This document shows, piece after piece, positions 1 through 12,011 of a stretch of DNA of 64,000 nucleotides. The stretch is taken from positions 35,466,001 through 35,530,000 of the forward strand of contig CM097885.1 of NCBI GenBank assembly GCA_044892525.1, in the 5' to 3' direction. The position numbers and the translations under genes are program-made. Each line of letters begins with the position of its first letter. Position 1 is the first letter of the stretch. The notes beneath the pieces were generated by a model that made no database searches, had not been told where the DNA came from, and saw only the letters and a list, made by a program, of their open reading frames with translations. The stretch is from Schmidtea polychroa. Taxonomy: Eukaryota.

Positions 1-542
1 AGCGGTTTACGGAGCCACAATAAGTCAAATCCGGCCGTTGACCGTGGAGTTGGCAGCAATTTACCCTCCGGCCGCGAAAGCTAAGCCCAAAAGGAAGCGG
101 CTGGGACGAAACATCCGGGAAAAGCTAAAGAAGGCCAGATTACCCGAGTATGAACGACAAGAAAGGGCGACGCCCACGTAATCCCAGCAATACGAACAGT
201 CATCTGGACTATACGCATTGAATTTTTGGTTGTTTATTGTTATGGTGTAAATACAATTTAGTTAACAAGTGTTGTATGAGGTGTATTGTTCGCAAATATC
301 GAGTGATTGAGAATTAGTGAGTTGAGATTTTGGGAAAACAATTTTGATAAGGGACCTGAGAAATCGGACACACACCTTCTATCGGTAGTCCGTGAACCCA
401 TGGAGTACTCGACAATTATAGTGCCTTGATGCGCTCACTTTTTGCGAGTACTCAACCCTTGGTACAGTACCAACGTTGATTACTCAACGGGTACCAAGCG
501 GAAACTCTAATGTTGTATTTTGGGTTACGCTGGTAACAGCAC

Positions 543-900
543 TTAATCATTCAACCACCAGTGATCCACCATGTGTCTCAGTCTTAGCTGAAATTCATTC
601 CACGACTGAAAATTCACTAGATGTTCAGTCCATTTCTCATGTTCTGATAGAATTGCGGACATGTTTTTCCAACCATATGAACCTTTATCAGAAGGAGATG
701 TCGTACCTATTGTGAGACTGATGTACAACTTGCAACAGAACCAGTAAATAATCTTTACTTACAGAATACTGCAGAAAATGTCTTAGAATTTCTTCTCCAT
801 TGACAAGTCTGCAGCTGTAATGAAGTTTAGAGAATTTTCTTTGCATGCTGTCTTTAGAAAAGTTAAATGGCTCAAAGGTGTTCTGGCACATGTTCTATCA
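543..900 (-). pseudogene. Fragment of a ZMYM1-like hAT transposase (TTF-type zinc-finger region), frameshifted
   Basis: Overlapping ORF pieces RKFSKLHYSCRLVNGEE..R..LQYSVSKD and GSYGWKNMSAILSEHE..EH....W resemble the N-terminus of ZMYM1/hAT transposases. A hAT-like end (AAAAGGTTGGCAACTACTG) lies at ~1594-1612. Confidence 0.6.
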
Positions 901-2761
901 ACATTTGTCTGATTCCTTGATTATTTAACTCCTCTGGACAATTTTCGTCCCTGTGAGGTACATAGATACATGTTTCGTATTTGTCATTTTCAGTCCGTTG
1001 TTTACAATACTGTGCACCAGAAAATCGTTTTCTCTCTACCATTGGGATTGAATTAACAACTGAAACTGCAAAAATAAAATTTCATTATGATATAGTATTT
1101 TTCAATATATATCATTTTTGTTAATAAAATAATCACAAATTACATAAAAAAATTTAAATATCTAAATCAAACCCGTAAGGCATTTATTTTTATTATTTTT
1201 AATTTATTTATAATTTGTTATTTATTTGAAGTAATTTTAAAGACAATCCAAGAACTTTATCGAAGCATTAAAAATACATTGAATTATTTTGCACCTAAAT
1301 TACTCTCATTGAAAATATTATAGTCTTCAAACTCTCTTTTTAATAGAATATTTATATAAATCGGAATTTAGCTCAGCATCAACTATTTAAAACCAAAGCA
1401 AGAAACTGGATTGAATAAAAAAATATATAAATTATTGTACTTGGTCATTGATCTTCTAGACTAGAAAAAAATATGAAACCTAAACAAGAAAAATATGGCA
1501 CTAAAAGCATAAATTAAAAATAACTTTCTATTTGATTTTTTGAGGGTGTTCGAGATTAAATTTTTTTAATAGTGCAAGTACTTCAAAAATCTCAAAAGGT
1601 TGGCAACTACTGGTCTACAGTGTGAATTTCTAGATCTTTACATGAATCTCATTTTCCATCGGATTCTATTTTTTATTTTTCTCAGCATGCATGTATTTTT
1701 TATACTTCCTTTTATCTCATCTTTACAGTTTTTATCTCTTAATGGAATTTTTTTATTTTTTTAATTTTATTTCTTTGAAAATTATGCCTATATACTTTCA
1801 GTGAGTATTCACACATTTATTATATTAAATTGATTTTTATCAGAGAAATATTTTATTATTTTGGTCAACTTTAACCTGTTTTTTATGATATTTCATTTTT
1901 AACGCAGAAACCTTATAATGAAGTGAAATTCAATATTTTTTCGACAATGCAGAAATGAGAAATGAATATGAAAATAAAATAAAGACAAAAAATCTGTTGA
2001 AATCGGGGCTCAGTTAAAATTAACGAATGAAAATAAATTCTCGCATTTCACTGTTGTGTTAAAAATAATAATTAACAGTTTATATAAAAAATAATATATA
2101 TCTAAAATTTCATTGTTCTATTATGTAAATATTAATTAGATGTATTAATTCACAAAAGAAAAATACTAATTTTTTAAATGTCAGAGAAAGAAATTCTCCA
2201 AATTGTAGTAAAAAGTTATAATTGTTTGTCTGAAAAAAAGAATAAAATTTTACGATTTCCGGCAATTTCTTTGAGTTTTTGAATTAAATTCTATTTAGTT
2301 GATCCAGTTTGAAAAAAACTTCATTATTAATTTTTTAAATATTTTATGTTACTAACATAATGATTAATTCTGAGTACTGGCGTCTGTGTGTGCATACTTC
2401 TTCTTACCTAAATGCAGACGCAAGTAGTCGAGTTTTTGATTCTTATTTGTAATTTATGATATTTTAATCGTTGTTTAAAAGGTTTGTTTTCTGGAATTTT
2501 CGATTTTTGGTTTCGATTTGGATTCCTTTTGTCGAACATTGTATTTTGTTTCTGGAATTTTGATATTGAAAAATAAATTCTTTTCGGAGTCTTCTTATTT
2601 TAATTAGGAATCAAACTGAAGTTAATGAATCTGTTAAATGGTTTAACTCAAAGAATTGATACGGATTCATTTGAGTTGACAAAAAAAGTAATGATATAGA
2701 GGTGTTTGTGCATTTCAAACCAATTGCTGCTACAAATGCAACTACAATAACTGATGAATAA

Positions 2762-3395
2762 GTTCTTTTCGATATTCTCAAAGCTGACAGAGGATACATC
2801 ACTCAAATTATGTTGGAGACATTTAACGCACCAATGATATATGTTGTAATTTAAGCAGTTCTTTCTTTGTACACTTCAGTTCGTATCTCGGATATCGCTC
2901 TGGACTCTAGTGATTTTGTGGCAATTATTTAAGTTATGTGTTACCTCATGCGATATGTAGAATTAATCTAGGCTGAAGAGACTAATAATTATCTAATGGA
3001 AATTTTGACAGACAGAAAATACAGATTTACAATTACTGCCGAAAGAGAAATTGTTCGAGATATTAAAGAAAGATTTACATAGGTCTTGATTTTGAACAAG
3101 ATTTGTGAATTGCAAATTGATACTCTTTCATGAACTACCAAATGATCAAGGTATTACCTTTGGATATGAAAAATCAAGATGTACAAAATCTTTGTTCCAA
3201 CAATCTTTCTTGAAAATGGAAACTGCTGGTATTCATGAGATGACATATAACAGCATGATGAAATGTGATGTGGATATTCGTAAAAATTTATATAGCAATA
3301 TATTCTTATAAAGTCGATCAACAATGTATCTTGGTATTGTTGGTCGTATGCAAAAAGAAATATCACCTTTAGTTCCATTAGCAACAATGAGAATT
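2762..3395 (+). pseudogene. Degraded intronless actin pseudogene fragment
   Basis: Translates with stops and frameshifts to [82 protein letters not shown] and RMQKEI, all actin motifs in the right order. Confidence 0.9.
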
Positions 3396-5899
3396 AACAC
3401 ATAATATTAATATTGTTAATATTTTATTACTGAAATAATTTATTATTGTTATTTTTGGTTTCATATAAGTTTCTATTTTGTTAAGACTGAATTTAAAATC
3501 TTTAAAATTAAAAATGTAATTTAAAAAAAGATTAACATATAGTTAACATATTATTATTTCCAATTTATCAAAAAACATGGTGGAAAACCTTTGAGAAAAT
3601 CTTTGTAGAGAAAATAACAAAAAACGTCTTAAGATTTATAAAATTATATATAAATTTAATATTTCTTTAGAATTTCAGATATTATCATCTGTATACTTAT
3701 AATTATTGGATATTCAAAACAAATTAAATTGTTTACAATTAAAATGGGAAACGCTGCCTTTTTGCGAAGATGAAAAGCTGACGTAAGATTTTATTCATAA
3801 AGTTTGAATTAATTTTAAATTTTAACATTATTTCAGATATTTCTTTTCAAACTCTGCTTTTTGCGAAAATTAAATTTCTTCTATCTCTTTTGATTTCGAG
3901 AAAAAATCAAAAAATCGTAAACTTTAATAACTTAATAATAAAAAAATATAATTTTGCTAGAATCAGAACATGACAAAATTCCAATAATTGATGCCTTCGA
4001 AAATGGCGAAGATTTCTATGAATTTGGAAAATTGTTGAGAATCATCAAAATATATAGATTGGAAGCTTAGTTTCCAAATTCAAAAACTGCAAAGAAATTA
4101 TTTCAGAAGAATAGAGAAATAAAAGTTTTAAAAAATAAATGTGTTTGGCGTTTACATTTTTAATAAATAATTCAAAATTGACCTAACTTACATATCGAAA
4201 TAATTCCAAAATAACTTTAAAATAAATTTCATAAAATTCGTAAAAAAAAGCTGAAAAGTAATTAAAAAATAAATGATAATACAAATGTTGACTAAAAGTA
4301 ATATTTAAGAACTTGAATAATGATCTCATAATCATAAAAAATCAAATATTCAAGTCTTAAAATTAACTTTAAATTAAAAAACTTGAAAGCCATTTTTAAC
4401 ATTCAATAAATTTCAAACTTCATTTTCTCATAAATGGTGAGTTACCTACGATTGGTGTGCACACCAACATATATTATAGAAACCTTTATTCATTGGAATC
4501 ATTGTAACAACAGGTTTAAACAACTAGGTACTAACAAACTAAAAATACCAATTAAATCACCAATTAACAATAAAAGTAAACACAAAATCAATAATAAACT
4601 TTATCATAAAACAATTGTTTATAATAAGCTCTTAATTATGCCAACAAAGCATGGACAACATTTTTTTTTAATCTTGACACACACACAATAACAACTAGTT
4701 ACCAACAACTGGATATTAACAACTAAGCAATCAACTCAATATATTGAGAAACCAACTACAAATGAAATTAAAATATTACAAAATTTATTTCTTCAATGAA
4801 ATTTATCAAATAATTTTTTAAATAAATTAATCTGTTAGATATGTTAAAAATTAAATAAATTGCTATCAATAGTTAGAAACATAATTAGATAGTTTCCCAT
4901 TACTCGTGGTGTCATGATAATGATTTTCCAGAATCCACTTTCTTTACTTCTCTTTCTGCTTTTTCCCTTAACTAATTAATTAACGATTTTCAGTTTATGT
5001 ACGCTTTCTTGCACTTCGAACCTTTCTGAACATATTCTGAGGACACGTTCTCGCCATGATCTTTCCAATCATCTCATTTACACCTGACCCGTTTTTCAAA
5101 TTTTAATTCGATGATTTCTTGATTTTGAATTTTCAAGAAATTTTGATGATTTTATACATATCATTAACCACAAATATCTAGATTGTGCTTAAAAGAAGAT
5201 ATGGCACTGCACGCATTCTATGATCAATTTAATATTTTTTTACTTAAACTTCATAAAAATGAAATTTATTTGACATCATTCAGAATAAATTAAATGAACT
5301 ATTTTTAGTTATTTTTATATAGCCCGATCAAAGAGTAAACGTAATCAGTGAGTTAAAACAAACCGCATTTATAAATTTTCTGAATTTCATCTAATGAGCT
5401 TGAGAATCTCCAAGGCAAGTCAATTTATTGAAGAGAGAGAGAGTCCGATGATATGAAGTAGAAACTTCATAAAAACGATTTTTCTGATAAGAGAGATGAA
5501 TTTTGCCCAATTAAAAGTCATGTAGTCAAGTATGATGAGAGTTTCACTGTCTCGTGAGTTCCCCTAATTGACGAGATTCAAGTAAATCAGCACGAATTTA
5601 TAATACAATGATTTTTTATAATGAAGACAGTTTAAAAAATTAAACATTACAAAATAAATCTTAAAATAAAAGCGTTCAGTATATTGGATGTCATATATAT
5701 TTATGACCGCCAGTTATTTATAAGGTAGCCTCTTTATTTCTTCTGAGCTCTTCTGTGGTTTCTAAAACTTTCTCTGTAACTTTATGGATTCTCGAATTTC
5801 AAGTAATTATTTTTTCTCAACAAAGTTTTGGAAAACAATAAAAATATGATGGAATAAGCAAAAACTTCCAACTGAAATCATTATTTTATTTTGTCATCA

Positions 5900-7288
5900 T
5901 TTTTTATTTCGGTTTTACAGCCGGGTCTCTCAAAACAAATTTAAACGAACTTGCTACTACTGCCGATAGGATAATGACAAATCTTCCATAGTCTTCAGTA
6001 GCATCGGTTCTCAACACTATCCCTACGTTGTTAGACATGATCAAATTCCTATCCTATCAAGTACCATCAATGCAAGTAGAAGTAGCTTCCCAGCGTTAAT
6101 CATGGCGTTCAATTAAAAACTACCTCAATGATAAAGTCACAAAAAGATCTCAATTTAGAGGCAGATTAATCTGCGAATTTCATTATAAATTTCAAAATTC
6201 CTCCCAGAAATGCTGCATAGGTTCCAATCTGTATTGTCCATTTGATTTTTAAAGAGAAAGCTCTAAAACGTTTAGACGGTTGCACTTTTAAAAAAACTTT
6301 AAACATCTTTTGGAAATTCCACTAAATCAAATGATCAAATATCTTGCGACATTTTTAGTTTATCTGCAACTTTCTAAACTTCTAATCGCATAACTACAAC
6401 AATATCCTTCTTGATCGACACCGGTTCATGCTTTTTAATCTTACCGAAGAATTTCGCGTCATCTACTGTTCCAACAAGAAAATTGCTGCACAACTTGCTC
6501 ATTTCCAAAATCACTGAGAAATACCCGAGATATTTAGAAAAGTCCAACGCCCACGACATGGCCATAGCGTCCTACCATAATATCCAGACAACAGATTTTC
6601 AGCTTGAAAAAGAAATTCCGTTATGGTTAATGTTTGTTCTGGCACCTCCTCTTGTCAGAATAAAAGCGTAATTATTGAATTTACTGGAATTGGAAAGAGA
6701 TCCGTGATGGAAACTTCGTTATTTAGAATAAAAAAATTCAATTGGCGTCTATTAAAAATGTTTTCCTGAGTTATTATTGAAATCTGAGGTAACTTGAACT
6801 TGGTGCAAGATTTTGTTGTGGCAAACAATGATTCTTTAAATCTAAGACACATCAGAAGAATTTCTTTGTAATTAATATCACACGCTTTATTTGTACAAAA
6901 CCATTTATCGTGTCCAATAATTTGAGATTGAGCCATGATTGAATTTGAAACATTGGATAATTGTTCAACACTTCGGCTAATAAACATTGGAGTTGTGTTG
7001 ATCTTTTTAAGAGCTCGATTGAATAGAATATCATATCCATAAGTTAGCAAGTTTATCTTTTTATCGCTTTGGGGAAATTTCATAAACATTTGGAGTTTAA
7101 TCTTCTGTCATTTCATGATTTACAGAAATTAAATCGTTGATTTCCAATCGTTTTGAAAAACTTCCATTAATAATTTGCAACGATCTTGCTGAGCCACGAT
7201 CACATGGACAAGTTCCACTGCTGAAAAGACATCTCTTCGCCATATTGCTCATTGAAATACGACATATCAAACATTCATTATCTTCCAT
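5900..7288 (-). pseudogene. Degraded long ORF of unknown identity (probably TE-derived)
   Basis: Consecutive minus-strand ORF pieces (7097-7288, 6655-7089, 6374-6565) in a locally higher-GC block, broken by stops and frameshifts. No motif recognised; the lower boundary is approximate. Confidence 0.3.
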
Positions 7289-9623
7289 ATTTCACTAAGG
7301 CCAAAAATTCAAATCAAAATTATAAATCAGTTCTTTAAAACCACAATTCCAGAAAAATTGAATATCATATCATATCCATAAGTCAGCAACACTCTAAAAA
7401 ACCGATACAATCATCACTGAGTAAAACCAAATAAAACTCACAATAACTTTGACTAAATTCCACAATTGTCCGCGTCTGTGTGCGCACACAAATCAAACCC
7501 AAAAAACAGGTAAAAAGCGCACACAGACGCGCGACCCGATAATCAACCAATGATTTAAAGTTTTTGTTGTTTATTGGTATTGGATTTGAAAAATGAAGAT
7601 ATTGATGGGAACCATTATAAAGGTAAATGAATTATGAAAAAAAAGAAAATAAACGGCTTTGATACTAAGTATGAATGTGTGAAAAATGTTTTGTAAACTG
7701 GTAATTAAACGTTACAAAACAGATATAACAAATATTAATAAATGTATAACTGTCTTAAGGACAGCTATAGTTTTAGGATGATATAAAATTTTTAAAAAAA
7801 GAAAGGAAACTTACTTTTGTAAATTCTGACACCAATTGTAGAAACATAAGAGTCATAAATATATATAAAATATATTTGTTGAGGTCAGTAAATAAAAATA
7901 AATTTAAATAAAATCTAGGTTGAATGAAAAAGACAAATAAAAGTGTGGTCATGCACAGAATTGAGAGTAATGGAAAGTATGATTGGACGCAGTATTAGGA
8001 AATAGCAAAATCAGTTACAAAGTGCAAAAATCCGGAAATTCGGAAAAATCAATAAATTGTAAATTTATCGAAATTGAATCGGAAAAATGGGACAGGTATA
8101 GATTAACTAATGGTCAACAAGATGGTGATTAGGGATTTATTAGAAAATGGTTAGAAAGGGTCGAAAAGCATTCGAATGTGTTAAAAAATAAAATCGTTAA
8201 TTAATTAATTAATTGGCTAATAGAAAACCTGAGTCTATGGAGAACCCGAGAGCTGGAAGAAACTCGAGCTCGATTAACATGATGAGTAAACAAAATGAGA
8301 ATCTCGGAAAGCCATTATCATGACAGCATGATTAATGGAGACAAACAAAGTTTAGGGTTACTACGAAGGATTAACAAAGGGAGGCAATTAATCACGATTT
8401 GGTTCAAACAACGTTCGAAGAACCGGTTGTCAAACTATTGTCAGATAGGAGCAATCCGGTCAAAACCAATTAATCAAAGTGATTATTCTAGTATAAAAGC
8501 AAAGTCGAAATTCAAAATAATCGGCATTTAACCTCAGCTAGGAAGTAGAAAAAAACGAAAAAAGGAAAAGGAAAAAGATGAATTAGGAAGTTTAGTGAAA
8601 AAGAAAATATAGAACCAGGAGATACTTAAAAAGTGGAAAAGAATTAAATCGAATAGAAAAGGAAAGAGTTGGTCAAAAGAAGCTAGGGAATAAAAAGGTG
8701 ATTATTATCTTTTGTCAAGGCATCAAAACCGAGCGGAGAATCGGTAAAACTCGTAAAACTTTGGTTATTTTGTGTCGTGAGAGATATATTTTTGTGATTC
8801 AAATATACGTTGGGTAGTTTGTTAGTGGTGATTTTCAGGCAGGTTACCGACTTGAATTAATAAAACACAACATATTCACTCATTAAACTTAATACAAATC
8901 TTGATATTGGTTTTCTTTGTTAATTTTAAATGCAAAATATATTAAGAACAGAAAGATTGAAGTTTGATGCAATTATACGTCCGATATAGACGTGAAGCGG
9001 ATCAATATTCCACAAATTGGTACAATTCCAGAGTTTTGAGTACATTTTCTTTTTGTGCAGTTAAAACAAAATTTAAATACTTGTTATTTTTAATAACGCA
9101 TTTGTAATTTAAATAATAAAAATTTAATAAAATTAAATAAAATTTTATGTCCATGTTTCAGGTACTACAGAATGTACTTACAAATTTATCGTGCTGAAAT
9201 TTTACTACTCGAAATAAAGATTTATTATCGAATTTTGAAGAAACAGTTAAGGAAGTGTTAGAATAAAACCTCAAATAATCTTGGATCGCTATAATGTGTC
9301 GACATTTAATTTATTAGATTCTAGAAAAACATTAATATTATGTATTAATATCATTTATTATAAAAGAAACTAATGAAAGATGAAATGTATCGAAAATACT
9401 GATTTTTTTTCAGCGTTTATCCGTAATTTTCTCATATTACATCCAATCAGAATTGACTAATTTTTAATTGTTAAAATTGCAGTTTTTGTTAACACTTCCA
9501 AAATTCTACAATGTGTTATATTTATTATATTCTTACTTCTGAATTTAATAATTAATTTAATAATTAAATTTCGTTTTTTCAGCAATCGTTGATGTGGTGG
9601 CCGATTTTAACATTTTTAGGCAA

Positions 9624-9700
9624 GCACCAACAATGGCATTAGTATTTTTAGCAAGTTTAAAAAAGAAAATTGCTTCTTTTCAATATGAAAAACCAATTGT
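9624..9700 (+). mobile_element. 5' piece of a Penelope-like retroelement RT, interrupted by the Maverick
   Basis: Reads APTMALVFLASLKKKIASFQYEKPI-V and continues in frame at 28486 as YKRYVDDIF once the Maverick and one TSD copy are removed. Confidence 0.85.
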
Positions 9701-10569
9701 AGTAGATGGATTGGGCACCGCTGGCACAGGGCACCGCTAGCACAGTACCCCCCCTCCCCCCCGGTCGTAAAATTTTAAAAAAATTCTAAGTCTAAAAGTA
9801 CATTTTTTTCAAGGTCAAATTTAAACAAAGACATATGACTCATCAAAGTCATTGAAACAAAGACCATGACTCATCCTATGACTCATCAAATTTCTCAAGG
9901 TCATTTAAACAAAGACCATGACTCATCCTGTGACTCATCAAGGTCACTTTCAAGGTCATATGACTCATAATATGACTCATCAAGACCAAAAAAATTTTCA
10001 AGGTCATTTAAACAAAGTCCATGACTCATCAAGATCATTTTCAAAGTCGTATGACTCATACTGTGACTCATCAAGGTCATTCTCAAGGTCATATGACTCA
10101 TCCAAGGTCATTTTCAAGGTCATATGAGTCATTCAAGGTCATTCTCAAGGTCATATGACTCATACTATGACTCGTCAAATTTTTTCAAGGTCATATGACT
10201 CATACTATGACTCACCAAAAAATTTTCAAGGTCATATGACTCATACTATGACTCATCAAAAAGTTCCAAGGTCATTTTCAAGGTCATCTGAGTCACCCTA
10301 TGACGCATCAAGGTAATTTTCAAGGTCGCATGACTCATCCAAGGTCATTCTCAAGGTCATATGAGTCATCGCGATGAGTCATCAAGGTCATATTATTATT
10401 TTTAAAAAATATTATTATTTTTATTATTATTTTTAAAAAATATTATTATTTTTAATTTTTCAAAGTTCCCGTCAACGAAAACTAATAATCGATCTCTCAT
10501 TTTAAAGCTCAATCCAAGGCCTTTCGAATGAGCCATATATCCTGTTATTAAGATTATTATTTCTAAAGA

Positions 10570-10660
<91 letters not shown>

Positions 10661-10830
10661 CTATATACATCGAGTCTATATACTCCGAGTCTATCCGACA
10701 AAATATTTTGTCCCCCTATGGGTAATGCTCACAAGGGTACTGGTCACGCTCAACAAATCAACAAATCAACAAAACATACATTTATTTAAACAATAAAATA
10801 ATGTAAAATTAACAAAGGTAAACTAAATAT
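9701..10830 (+). repeat. Left terminal inverted repeat of element A
   Basis: Reverse complement of 27248-28479; pairing stops at 10830/27248. Contains a TGACTCA/TCAAGGTCA array and an (ATT)n tract. Confidence 0.95.
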
Positions 10831-11458
10831 ATATAGTATGATATTCATTAATCAGTGTTGAACAGGCTTGACACTTGCGAACATTCTTCTCGTGACACTT
10901 AGAACAAACAATTACATGACCACATGGTAAATACAAAACCGAAACTCGATTTCCTTTACAAATTGAACAAGTTAAATACCTTTTCTTAACATCGTTCAGT
11001 TTTTTCGTTAGCTTATTTTCAATCAAATCGGTTTTTGCTATCCAATCATAAATCAATCTACTATATCCCGGTTTCAACCTTAAATACATACAACTCCAAA
11101 AGTATTCATTCAGTGAATCGTTGTTTACTGCTATTTTTTCTAAGTACATTAAATAACAAGATAACTTTAAAATGGATTTCTCATAATTAAATAAATCAAA
11201 CAAATATTCAATAGAGGAATGTTTGAAAATTTTTAAAATATTTATGATTTGCTTATCACTGTAAGTATCATGATTATTTAAAAATCTTCAACTGTGTTGT
11301 TAAAAAATTTCAATGAAATTTCAGAATAGGTTGAACTTAATTTTTCCTTATTTCTAGTAGGACTTCCTTGCTATAAATGGTATATATAAAAAATATTGAC
11401 AAAATAATAAAGTTACCAAATGTGTTACACATTCATCAGTTTTATTTGTAGAAATCAT
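10823..11458 (-). CDS. RING-finger (C3HC4, IAP/MDM2-type) protein, two exons, frameshifted in this copy
   Basis: C-terminal CSICKGNRVSVLYLPCGHVIVCSKC...KCQAC. Inferred exon 1 is 11458-11417 (MISTNKTDECVTHL), then a 46-nt GT-AG intron (11416-11371). A 1-nt loss in the T-run at ~11280 breaks the frame. The stop codon lies inside the TIR. Confidence 0.75.
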
Positions 11459-11577
11459 TAGTAATAAATTTCTTAATAACTAAATTACTTTTGTTTTTAC
11501 ATTTATAAAAATTGTGATAGCCAATCAAAATATAGCTTTCAAAATGTAGAAATTGTAACCATCAAAGCTGTTTAAAG

Positions 11578-11655
<78 letters not shown>

Positions 11656-11768
11656 GTCATTGATATAGCTGCATGCTCACTGCAGACTATATAAAATCAA
11701 CATTAAATACTTATAAAATTATATGAAAACAACAAAATAATGAAAAATCTGGTTACAAATTTTAATTA

Positions 11769-11778
11769 ATATATATAT

Positions 11779-11873
<95 letters not shown>
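11769..11873. repeat. (TA)n microsatellite
   Basis: Direct inspection. Confidence 0.95.
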
Positions 11874-11875
<2 letters not shown>

Positions 11876-12011
11876 AATTTTTAATAAATACAATTTTTAT
11901 ACAATTTTTATACAATTTTTATACAATTTTTATAAATCACGAAATCACTATATAAATACAAGTTTTTATAAATCAAAATATAAAGTTTTTTTTCTTTTCA
12001 ATTTGTTCTAT

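Noticed and set aside
1..540. GC-richer block with an open frame ending at 181, possibly the end of an LTR element
   Set aside because: Truncated by the window edge, with no diagnostic motif.
7920..8900. Purine-rich decayed region with patchy inverted similarity to ~4890-5100
   Set aside because: Similarity is limited to short AT-rich words; no definable element or product.
9901..10127. Repetitive ORFs inside TIRs (also 28067-28264, 43539-44228, 49152-49355)
   Set aside because: By-products of tandem repeat arrays; not conserved between the two TIRs.
10402..10701. Poly-Ile, poly-Asn and IY-repeat ORFs (also 18178-18441, 27377-27562, 53918-54220, 61113-61376)
   Set aside because: They are translations of (ATT)n or (TA)n microsatellites.
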